A program made the translations under genes and the position numbers. This document shows positions 24,310 to 36,061 of a stretch of 64,000 nucleotides of DNA, one piece after another. The stretch is from Aplysia californica (taxonomy: Eukaryota). The notes below the pieces were generated by a model, which was not told the origin of the DNA, did not search any database, and saw nothing but the letters and a program-made list of their open reading frames with translations. Location: assembly GCF_000002075.1 (NCBI RefSeq), contig NW_004797691.1, forward strand, positions 546,279 through 610,278. The letters run 5' to 3'. How positions within the stretch are numbered: the first letter of the stretch is position 1; every line of letters begins with the position of its first letter.

Positions 24310-26976
24310 CTGTATTCTTAAAAGTTGTTATAAATCCGCTAGTTGTCCTATCAACAAGCCGATGGTGCCGGTCATCAGCAGGCCCGGGCAGTGCTAGCTA
24401 ATATTTCCAGAGGAGCAAAAACTTCATAAAGGAACAAGAAATGTTGGGTCACCAGGTTTCGTAAGTTTGACTCATTGAGGTTTTTGCTTTAGTATAGCTT
24501 AAGTGAGAGCTTTACAGCACCCACAACACTGTGAAGTCATATATTATATATGAGCTGAAGATTAGGTGTCTTAAGAGAGAGTAGCATACCATTAGAAGGA
24601 GTGATGATGACGATAGATCTTTGTTTGGGAAAAAAGGAGCAAACCACACCAGAGCGCCCTCCTGCCTCCGATGTGTTTGAGGGATATGAAGTGTTTTTAA
24701 TTTTAAACTAGATATTGGAACGCCTTATTGTAGATCAAATAAAGAAAAAAAAGGTTTTAAAAAATTAAAATCATGGAAATTGCTGATTTGGCCTGTTTGT
24801 GCCCGACAACATTGTTGTAGTGATACATGGAAGGTGTCGTCAATATTATGTGCCATCTTGGGAGTGGCAGCATCTGTAGGTATTGTTGTATTATTATAAG
24901 TGAACAAAGCATTTTTCATAAAATTAAATCTTTTTAGTCTAGATTTTGGCATCAAGGAGGTGTCATTTTAATGGGTTGTGTTCCACAGTGTCTGTCATTT
25001 TCTCCACTTTGACTTTATTCAGATTTCATATGAAGACTACACTACAATAATGAGGAATTTGCTTCGCACAATGATATCGAGGAATTTACTTCTATGTTAT
25101 TTCTGAGTGTGACCATGTTACAAGGTGAAGTGCCTCTCAAAGTTGACCCGTGATTTAGTCGTTTATTCAAGTACTCATTTGTAGAAGTAGACTCTTCAGA
25201 AAGATATAGATCTGTCTGGTCCACATCCCTCCTGTTTGTCTCTCACAGTCTCCATCAGTGCAGAGGTCTCGTACTTTCCCTCAAGAAGAAAAGGGAAATT
25301 GATTTTAGTACTCATCTTGGACTATAGGCTTGTATTAAAATATCCCTGACTGTGCACTCTGATGTTTCGCGGTTCACATTGGAGCACACTGTTTGACACA
25401 ATTTGAGCCAAATGAAAGGCAAAAGGGGAGGTGCCGCATGCATTGGACTATGGGGAGACTGGTGTTTTGCCCTTCAATGGGGTATAATGGCGCAGCCCAC
25501 TATGTGTGCACGCTTAGCAGTGAAGTTTTTATAAACAGCAAAGAGCAGCAGCCATGACAGTGCCCAGTTTAGCAGAACAAGTCTGTGCCTTGGGCAAAGA
25601 GTTGGTAAACTTGACCTTGTTGATATTTGTCGCAACTCAAGGAAAGTAAAAAGAATTACCTTGTTTGGCTTGTGTATGACAAAATTCTTTGTTATGATGA
25701 ATGAAGACTCACCAATGGAATGCACTGTGAAGAAGCTTTAAAGGGTTTAAATCACCTGTTATCTGAGAGTAATTTGTACATGTCTACTTTTGAAGTTTTG
25801 TCTTTGAATAGTCTGAACAAGATAAAGCTTGTTTGTTATAGTTTATGTGACAATCAGTACTTTCCTATTTCTTCTTCAGTAAATGCATTTTGTCTCTTTG
25901 CCTTTATATTGTTTCAACTACAATTCCATTAAAAAGAATAATTCTATACCACTGTCTGTTTTGTCTCTTGTAACAATTTCAACTGTAAATTATTTTACAG
26001 ATTTCTGCTGTCTGTTAGGATGCTGCTGCATCCCACTTAGCCAAGGCTTGCCCAAACTGGCAGCCTTAAAGTAGCTTGCCTACTGAATGATCTTAATTGT
26101 GTTGATAGGGGCTTACATTTTCCAATCTACCTATTACAAAGATAGGTCAAATTTGTCAGGATCAGCCCTAGAAGTTCGACAGATCTGTAGTTCGAGGGAT
26201 ATCTTACAAAGAAAAATAAGAAAGAAAAAACTGGACAGCAGGCACAGTTCGACAGATGCGTAATTTCGAGTCTTCTGTATTCGATCTATCCGTGTTGTAC
26301 TCTATTAAGGAATGGTCTCCTTTCAGTTGCATGTAGAGCAATGTGGTTTTGTGGAAGCGATAGCTTTAAAGTGAACTGATTTGGTAACGGTTTCCATTTT
26401 AAAGATGTTTTTAGGTTACAATTCGCTATTGTTGGTAAAAATACTTTTGATTTTGTTCTAAATGTAAATACATGTATACATGTATCTGCCTTTTTGCTCT
26501 TCTTTTCAGAATATTATGTTTAAAGTTTTATGACTTACAGACAGGGTACTACAGTCTAGGTTTCAACTTAAATGGTTTCTTCTTTTTTCCGTCTGCTAAT
26601 TCAATTGCTAGTGTTTAGGTACTTTGCATTGAAGGCGTACTGTCAGATGTATGGAATGCGTTTTTGACTTCCATTGTGTTTAAGTGATAATGAGTGCATG
26701 CAATCAAGATGAAAGGTATCAGTCTTTAAGTAAACATGATGTGAGGCGTTAATAAAAGAATCAATGTGTGGCATTATCACATTACGTGGGTGTGAATCTA
26801 CCCAAATTCGAATTCCCGGCGGAGCATTTTTGGACTTCATTTTTTTTACTTTGAGGAGTTTTCTCTGCTCTCCACCCAGTGAGCTTAACCCCTAGAGGTG
26901 GGTCCTGTCTTGTAAGTGCATGTGACCTTACTGTTATGACAGGATGATGTACCCCATTCCATACCGTACTTTATTA

Positions 26977-27302
26977 CAGTGGAACTCGAATTCAACGAAT
27001 TTGCCGGGCCTGACCTAAAATCTCGTTGAATCCAAGTGTTCGTTATAGCAAACACGAGGTTTTGTGTAGATGATTTCAGGCACTGAGCAAGTAATGTATA
27101 AAGAGAAGTCACAAGTAGTGCCTGAAATTCCTGCATATGAGCTGTGCAAAAAAAAGACCAAGTCGTTTAAATGCACGCCTGTGTCAACTCGATTGTCTTA
27201 TTGTTGTTGATTTAAAAATAAGGAAAAAAACGGGGAATCCGTCTCCTCTCATTGAATCCTAGTTCTCATTGAATCCGAGCTTGTTAAATACGAGTTACGC
27301 TG
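26977..27302. mobile_element. pogo/Tigger-type MITE
   Basis: TA|CAGTGGAACTCG ... CGAGTTACGCTG|TA. Confidence 0.55.
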
Positions 27303-27478
27303 TACATATTCTATGACTTTAAATGCAATCATCAGCTCTGACTGGTCTTAATTCTTCAAAATTCATCGCAATAAAAAAAACGTCCTTCAGAATTCCAATA
27401 AGTCTCATGTTTTCTCAGTCAGTCAAACATTGCTTTTCTCAAAGTAAACCACTTGTAAAAACACAATTGTACCAAGTT

Positions 27479-27600
27479 CTTCTTCTTCTTGATTGCATCA
27501 TACTTGAAATCCCGTATCTGTCATATACAGAGCCGTCCTGCTTAGTTCATCCGTCGGGCCATACAGCTTCTCTTGTAGTGTCAGTGGGGTTGGCCACGTT
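27479..27600 (-). mobile_element. Short 5'-truncated copy of the Ingi-like LINE 3' end
   Basis: Reverse complement aligns to 57487-57600 including the GAA tail; TSD ATTGTAC(C/T)AAGTT (27466-78 and 27601-13). Confidence 0.85.
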
Positions 27601-29069
27601 ATTGTACTAAGTTGAGAGGAGGTATTCCATGTCCTGAGAGAAATGCCACTTCTCGTAGCAACTTAGCAGACAAGAAATCCCTTCAGTAGTCTTACTGAAT
27701 TCCTCTCCTAACTTTCTACAACAGCTGGCTTACCTTGTGCTTCGTGATTTTCTTCTCTAAACATTTGTGTTGTTTTACTTAGTGCACATCACAGATTCCT
27801 CTGCACCAAATGTTATTAGTTATTTAAACTTTTCTGAGGTACTGTGTTAACCAACACAGCATTTAATTAAAGGATCTGCCAGTTTAATCAGAGACAAACT
27901 TACTTTTAATAATATTATTATTGTGTCCTGTTATCAGTCAAATTGAGGCCCAAGTAAGTCAGTCCCAACAATTGAACATTTTTTTTTTCAGATTTAGGTC
28001 TCTGTCAGTCTGTTTCTTTCATGAGTATCTCTAAGAAGTACACCATTGTCTGTGGTGTTATAGTTAAGCTTTTTGCCCTTGCAAGATAAAGACGCGAGGT
28101 TTATTTCAAAGCGGGGACATTTATTTTACCTCTGTCTTATCGCTAGAATGCCACATCTTGCAAGGCTCAAGTTGGCCATACCGGTAGGGCGTCAATGCCG
28201 CCTGCCTCTTAGATGATATACAGTCAGGCACAGATAACACAAATACAGAAAACTTGAAACCATGCATAGCTTGTACAATTTGCCATTCCCCGACTGATAT
28301 CGCTTTAATTTTTCCTTTTTCGGTTAACTCGAATTATAGATGTGTCGCACACATTTGTCAATCCCCAAGGTGTTTGAGTTATCAGTATCCGACTACAGAT
28401 TGTACCAATGGGGGCATTTAGAACTTTCACAAAAAATGTTTTTGCTCTTTAAAGTATGTTTCCCAACTTCACTCATACTACATCTAGACTACCTCTAATG
28501 ATGGAGGTCAGCATGCACTTATCAATCTTGCAACCACAGTCTCCTTTTGACTGATTGTTCGGCAATTGTTATAATATGATTTGTTGGGGTGATGAATGTG
28601 TCCACTGATGAGTGTATGAATATTTTGATGTTTGGTTTTCTCCTGTTTGACATCCCACCCCTCAAAAACAGGAATATTACATGAAATCTGAAGTAATATT
28701 TGATGTTGTATATTCTTTTATTATCATTGTCATGTCAATTTCATCTGGAAATTAAATTGAAATGTTTAAGAAATAAAACAAACAAACGTTGTCCAGGGTA
28801 ATAATATAATTTCTAGCTATTTCAAAGAATGATGTACTGGCTTTGACTTCGACATGTTTGCAGAAGTTTGCTCAAATATGAAACAAACAGTACCCATCTC
28901 CATCTATGAGAAACCAGCATAAGTAGCGTAGGCCATTAACTCGTCCAGACTGACAGCAGCATTAATATATATGGAATGGATTCAACACCCCTTTCAGCAC
29001 TGTTAAGTTATTAAAAGAGGCAGACATTAATATTAGATAGGGCGGGGTAAAACCAGGATGAATATAGTT

Positions 29070-29142
29070 TTTTTTTAGAGCATCCCAATAGAGAAATGAG
29101 TGGCAAACCAAGATTGCTGATGTCTGTTTCAGATCTGGCACT
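29070..29142 (+). mobile_element. 3'-end fragment of the RTE family at 49810-50680
   Basis: agagcatc...gatgtctg..cagatctggcact matches 50600-50670. Confidence 0.55.
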
Positions 29143-29368
29143 CAGAGGAGAAGGCTGGAAATAACATCAAGATGCTAAAATAAGAGGTTTATATTATAGG
29201 TTTCATTTCTTTGAAAGATGTGAATTTTTTTTTCTCTGCCTTTAGAAATGACAGACAGACAGACAATATGTTCCATGTGAGAGAGAGTCTGCTCTGTATT
29301 ACTTGGTCCTTATTGTTAGTGGGAAAGTTATCACAGCCTTGACAAAATAAGCCAGGGAACTGTACTGT

Positions 29369-29711
29369 GGCGTCGGTGGCCTAGTGGTTAGGCTCTCGGA
29401 CTCGCAACCGTAAGGTCGTGGGTTCGAATCCCGTCAAGGGCCCGACGTTGTGTCCTTGGGAAAGGCACTTTACACGAATTTCCTCACTTCACCCAGGTGG
29501 GAATGGGTACCCGGCTATAGACAGCGAAAGATCTTGTCAGTTTGTTAGTGTTTGAGCACTTAATCGGCTGCTTGCACTGTATGCTTCCCGAGAAGCTGAG
29601 ATTGTTTCGGAGTGTTCTATGGTCTGCTGGGGTAATAATATAGTGTAAAGCGCATAGAGCCTGCTGTTGAGCGGGGATATGCGCTATACAAATGCTATCT
29701 ATTATTATTAT
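29369..29711 (+). mobile_element. Full-length tRNA-derived SINE
   Basis: A box TGGCCTAGTGG, B box GGTTCGAATCC, central TGTGTCCTTGGGAAAGGCACTT (CORE/V-like), L2/CR1-type tail ending (TTA)n, TSD TACTGT. Confidence 0.88.
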
Positions 29712-32700
29712 TACTGTATTATATAGATTCATAATCATCAGTGTCAAAGTCTATTCTAATTATGCTGAGATTTTTAAGGCACCACACCATCTCTTCCAAA
29801 AAGTAAACGACTACAAACTTGTAAAAAAAAAAAAAAGAAAAAGAAAAAGTAATCAATAATCTATATTAAAGCATAAAATTGTATAGCTTGTTTGCTTTCA
29901 TCTGACCGCAGTTAAAACAGGATAAAATGAAATCACTCTTTTCAATCTTCTCGGATCTTTGCATACGGGCCAAAAAGTTGGATGACCAACAGAATCTAAA
30001 AGCCCATTCATGAAGGTCACTGCAAACTAAGGTTCCGACACATTTTCTTTGATGCAAGCCGAAAGGGGGTAAAAAAATAATAGGGAATTTACAGCATACA
30101 CCAAAAACATTTAAAAGTTGACATATTTTTCTCAATGCTTCACTTTAACGTTCGCCTAAGAAACATGACTCAAGAGATGGGGTGAGTAGTTTTCGAGACT
30201 CACGTGGAGCGCATGGAAACTTCTAGACAGCTGGGGGATGAAATCTACAAGCTTACACTGAAATGATTTATAATGGGGGCAGAGTGGTGTCACTGTCGCA
30301 AAATAAGCAATTTGAAGGCTAGTTTACTGTAAGTCATTTATTTTAGTGATCCTATGTTTGCATCAAAAGAGCGGTTTTGAATATAGGCCCCAAAGAAAAA
30401 AGCTTTTTTATGACTGGGTCAAGATTTAAAAAAAAAAAAAAAACTGTTTGGTCGCTGGCCTGCATAAGAGCCATGCAAAGTTTCATGGGCATAGGTAAAT
30501 TTCTCAACTCAATGAGCTAGAATTTTTTTACGCGGTCAGACGAAAGTGAACAAGCTAAAGTTACTTTGCACAGTCGGTTGAAGAATCTCAATTAGCTACC
30601 CTTAGTTTTATTAGTAAATTATTCAAAACAATAAGAAAAAAAATTCTGTGTCTGTCTTGATGACTCCTCAGTTTCTCCAAGCATTGGGTGGAGAAATACT
30701 ATACAAACGGAATACAAAAAAACATAGTTTCACTCCTCTAATGTTTGAGAAAGGGCAGCACACTAAGCTCCTCTTCCCTTTTGTGCAGAGAGGAGAAAAA
30801 AGCTACATGTAGAAAAAGACAATAATGTAAACAGACAATAATGCTACCCAATAAGCAAGGTTCCAATAAAAACCCTCTGTAGACATATAGCTAAAATCAT
30901 TCAGTGACCAAGCCATCACTTGGGTAAAATCAAAACACCTCTTAAACAAAGTGCACTCTAAAGTCTCCAAAGATAATCTTTATTTGCATTTTGTTGTACG
31001 CCAAAGACAACATAATGAAAAGGAAGATCACAGGCACATCGTTGCAAATACACCCGTGTAGCAACAAGAAAGGATCTGGCTCAACTGAAAGAAAAACACT
31101 TCCCTAGCGTGTGTCGTGTCTACATACACTGGCTCAGCCACATGGCTAGCTCACTGACATATCAGTGATGTAATGTTTTAACTGTGTAATAAGAAGAAAT
31201 AGGTCAAAGAAGCTATTTCGTTCTTAAACCACTGTCCAGGTTCATCTGTTCATCTGCAGTGCAAACCCCCCAACCCCCTCACCCCTCACCTCCACAGAAG
31301 TCAGCATGTAGGCCTACTATGAATAGTATAAAAGAAGTATTGTGGGCTAAATTTTGTGTCTTCCTACAAATTTTGAATCAGACAGTGTTTTTGCCTGTTG
31401 ACAATTTTTCAAAAAGCCAGTTAAGCCGATTAAAGCATAACGTCATCCACATGAGAAACAACAACAGGCCTTATCTTGTGAAAATGTGACATCAAATTTG
31501 ACAGGTCCTTTTACAAGACAACAAAGGATATTACGCTCATGGAAGGAGAACTAAATAAATTACACACTTTTTCCCCAATTCCTGATGTACCACACATAAC
31601 CATTCATAAACAGACTCATTTTCTCAAATAAACAAACTCTCTGACATTTGTACAAACATAATCCACACTCTCTCATTAACACCCACATCCACACTCATAA
31701 TACTCTCTCAAAAACACAAAACCACTCACTTATTCACAAGAAAACCTACTCTCATATGCTCATTCAAACTCATAAAAAGATACACACATACACACATGCA
31801 CACACATACACACATACACACACAAACACAATGGGCAAAACAAGTACAAGTTCAGAAAAAGTATAGGGCGCTCTTTCAGAGGGTTCAACAAAAGTGATAT
31901 ATAATAATACATTTCGATGGCAAGATGCAAGACTGCCAAATGTGGGAAAATAGGTATGTGTTGGAACCATGATTGAATTCAACCTCATAGCAAGTAAAAC
32001 TGCATTCCGTTCACTTGTTTACATCATGCACAGCATTTTTATTTCCCACAGCACTTTTCATTTTTGTGTCTACACAAACAGACAAAGTTATCAACAGAGA
32101 GAGTCGATCATGTCTCTCAGGTTCTCCAACTCCAACCCTAAGAACAGTGTCATATCGTATGACATCAATTTCTATGGTATTGCTCAAGTTTCATTTCCCT
32201 TTCAACACTGTCAAATTGATTGAGAAGCACCTTAACATCCATCTCCAACAGGACCAAGCTGAGTGGGTGGAAAGCCATTAACTTCTCAAAATAACTTCAA
32301 GAACATCCTGTCAAAAACTCCAACTCGGACTATTCACATCTCATAATCCAGCATGACACCAACCGAGCTAACTATGAGCCTATCTATGACTTCAAATTCG
32401 GTAAGAAGGAACATGTATTCAATTTTAAATATGAGCATGAAGCTGGATTGTTATGGAGAAAGCACAACACTAAACTAAAGAGTAATAACAGGGGGATGGA
32501 AAAAAATAAAAACTTCAAGAAAGAGTAACAAACTATTTGAGAAAATGTGGAGATAGGAAATACAGGACATACAACTCCTCAGAAAAAAAAGAGGAATTTT
32601 ATCCATGACTATAGGAAGATCAGTGACAAATTGGGTGAGAACATACTTTGGCAAGGAATAGAATTTGGTGTATGTCTGATATAAAAAAGTCAATCTGTGA

Positions 32701-32974
32701 ACGTACTGGCTGATGATTCATTTCACTTTGCATAAATCACATTATGGACTTGCCACACTAAACTAAACAAAGAAATATCAACAGAATGCACAACCCTGGC
32801 TTGAAGTATTGTCACCGATTTGCAGTGGGCATTACACATGGGTTCTATTAATATTATGCTGTCTTAGTATATATGCCTAAGAATAATTCTTGGAGGAACA
32901 AAGCGAGATAAGATTACCAACAACTAGGTGCCGGAAAGATTAGTAGTTTCTATGTCACTTCCCCACTGCTCATA

Positions 32975-34334
32975 CGAGGGCTGTCCCACGGAAAACCGGA
33001 AAAGGTCCATAAAAGCAACAAGCTTTGTCCTATCATGATAAAAATGTAACATATCATACCTAAACATGTGCTCTATTTTTCAATGTAATCACCATCCCGC
33101 CGGACGCATTTTTCCCATCACCGGATCAGGGAGAAGATACCCTCCCTGAAGAATTTTTCGTCAAGGGATTTCAACCAATCTTTCACAGCTTCCACGACGT
33201 CTTCGCCGTCGGTGAATCGCTGTCCAGAAATATGGCGTTTCATTGGTCCAAAAGGTGATAATTTGACGGGGCCAAGTCAGGACTTTGAGGGGGGTGTGGC
33301 AGAACTTCCCAGCTGAACCTTTGGATCCAGTCTTTCGTAGCGTTTGCGGTGTTTGGCGCGGCGTTGTCATGCTGCAAAATGACCCCGCTTAACAGCCGGC
33401 CTGGTCTTTTTCGGCGCACAACATCTCTCAATTATCAAGAATCTGGCAGTATCTGTAAGAATTAACCTTTTGTCCTGGTTCCAGCGGAGAACCCTTAGCA
33501 TCCCAGAAAACCGTGGCCATGAGTTTCTTCACCGATGGCTGAACTTTAAACTTTCTCGGGGGAGGTGAAGACGTGTGCTTCCAAACCATTGAATCCTTCT
33601 TCGTCTCAGGGGTCATGTGGAGTATCAAAGTCTAATCACCTGTAATAATGCTTCTCAGGAATGCTTCATCGTATTGTTGGACGTCTCCAGATGCGTTCAT
33701 GACTCCCGTGACAGCTTGGCGACAACGATTCAACAAAGTCTGAGACACTTCAACACGTTGCGTCTTGTGGTCAGCTGTCAGCTCTTTTTAGGACCCAGCG
33801 AGAAGAGACCTTTCGAAAGTGCAACTCATCAAACACTATCCTATGAACAGTCGACTTTGAAATGTTTAGACACTCGGAAATTTCGGGAATTTTTAGGCGC
33901 CTGTCTGTTTGAATGAGTCCGTTAATGCGACTCTTGTTGTCCTCAGTCTTGGCAGAAAAACAAGGTCCTGGGAGAACTTTGTCATTGACATCCTTATGCC
34001 CGGCTTTGAACTTACTACACCACTCATACACCTGTGACTTTGCCATTTCTTTCTTCCTGTAAACTGACTTTATTTCAGTGTGTATTTCTATAGGCTTGAG
34101 ACCTTTTGGGGTCAGAAACCGAATGACAGACCTCACTTCTACCTATGACCAATTTTCCAAGGGGGTAGCCATATTTGGAGAACTGCTGTGTTCGTTTGGT
34201 TTGTGCAATGCTCATGGTTCTCAATCAGGAAATTCCAAAATGATTGTTTTACAAGTGTGCGTTTACAGAATGTCAAAATATTGAATAGTTTTCAAATTAC
34301 AGCCAAATTCTGGTTTTCCGTGGGACAGCCCTCG
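32975..34334 (-). mobile_element. Full-length mariner (Tc1/mariner, DD34D; irritans/Hsmar2-like ends), inactive
   Basis: TIRs CGAGGGCTGTCCCACGGAAAACC at both ends, TA TSD (32973-74 and 34335-36), 1360 bp. Confidence 0.93.
33073..34172 (-). pseudogene. Mariner transposase pseudogene
   Basis: MATPLENWS*VEVRSVIRFL..., RWVLK (WVP motif), HDNA, QSPDLAPSNY, GDYIEK*. Broken across several frames by stops and frameshifts; third catalytic D reads N. Confidence 0.9.
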
Positions 34335-35738
34335 TACAACACAGACTAAGATAGTTAAAACATTTTAACTACAAAAAAGAAGGGAGAATACTAAAAAAAA
34401 TCTCTTATGTTGAGAACTAGAGAAAGGAAGGAGGGGAAAAAGTTATTTCCCACCTAGTAAGACACTGTACATCAGGGTTTTTTTCCACACTCTTTTTCTG
34501 TGTTTTGCCTATTCCGATTTTCATGAACGTTGAGTCACCCACTGTCATATATTGCAATGCAGTAGCACTCCTTTATGCAATTCGCAAATTTCCTTATAAA
34601 GCGCAAAAATAACGTATTCATCAAGTCCAAAGGAGAAAAAAACCTGATATACAGTACACATACATATATATGCCTGCCTTAAAGACTTGACTTTAATAAC
34701 ATTGATCAGTTAGAATAAGGGAACAGACGGCAAGAGATTGCAGCTACGACCAGTCTCAAGACAAAAGAGAAGGAGGTAGCACTGAAAGCAAAAATACCAC
34801 ACCTAAAGAGACACAAGATGATGCAGCAGATTGTAGAGCTTTGCAACTTTTTCTCGCATTTTGATTTATAGCCATCTGAATTTTCTCACACTCACTAGCT
34901 TCATTATAATTAGTCACATGTTCCAGAGAGAGAGAGTGAGAAGAAAAAAAAAGAGAGACAGGGATAAACACAAAGAGGGAGGGAGGAATGGAGATAGAGA
35001 GAGAAGATATAAGATGAAGACCATTGTCATAAACCTTACACTCTGATTTGACAGATCAGCACCAAATATCTGTTTTATACCTTCACCTTCTCCTACAAAG
35101 CTAGCACACAAATGAAAACAGAAAAAGAAAGCAAAGTTCTTAGGGAGCACGAGACAACACAAGAGCACCACAGAAACATGAGAAAAAAACAAAAACATAC
35201 AAAGAGTAATAAAACATGGGAGTGTAAATTCAACATAAAATGGCAGTAAAATTCCTGCTTTAACACGCAACATTTTTATCAACATAGTTTGGTAGCCCCA
35301 GAAAGCTGAGACTAGTATTTTCTCATCACAAAAATGTCTTGAGAAAAAGAGGAATATAATGTGGAGGGGGAACTAAATAGTTCCACAGATCTGTCACGTG
35401 GAACTGGATCATTGTAAGAAGGGAGTGTAACATTGAGAGAGGGTGTGTGTATGCATTTGTCAGTGTGTGTTACATTTATTTTTGTGCATGAGTGAGGCAG
35501 TGCAAGCACCTGTGTAAATATGTGTGTGTGTGTGTGTGTGTGTGAGTGCATGTGTGTGTGTATGTAAATAGTGTGCAGGTGTTTGTGTGTGAGGAAGTGT
35601 GTTGATGTGTGTTTATGAATATGTGTGAAAGAACACATATGTGTATGTGAGAGCACATGAGTGGGCTTGTTGTAACTTAGAAAGACAAACACATCTGATC
35701 ATCAAAAAAGTTGAACACAACACACTCTTACATAACAG

Positions 35739-36061
35739 CTACATCTCATCCTTCCTTCCACCAGGCATATTCCAGGATTCTTTCCCTACAACCTCCCTGT
35801 CCATCATGACATAGTCGACCTTTTCAGAGACCCTTTTGCAACCAGTTGAAGAAAAGATCTGCTCAGTGGTAGGTGTGAAGGTCAACTCTTTAAGCACGCT
35901 GTCTATGACCTCCGAGGGAATGGTGTGTCTTTTCTTGAAGTATTTTCGGTCGATGAGAGCGTCAGTTATACACTTCTTCACGTGCGACTTTTCAAGGGGT
36001 AGGAATGGAATGAAGGCGGTTATCAGATGATTGCTGATAAGTTGGCTGTGCCACAGGCCCT
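35739..36061 (-). CDS. TOR1A: Torsin terminal exon (sensor 2, ends RKDEM*)
   Basis: tcttttcag|; GLWHSQLI..LITAFIPFLPLEKSHVKKC...FSSTGCKRV. Confidence 0.93.

Noticed and set aside
29369-29445. tRNA gene
   Set aside because: A and B boxes are present, but it continues into a SINE body and tail bounded by a TSD
32121-32400. Exon-like segment bounded by ctctcag and gtaag
   Set aside because: All three frames contain stops and no protein family is recognisable
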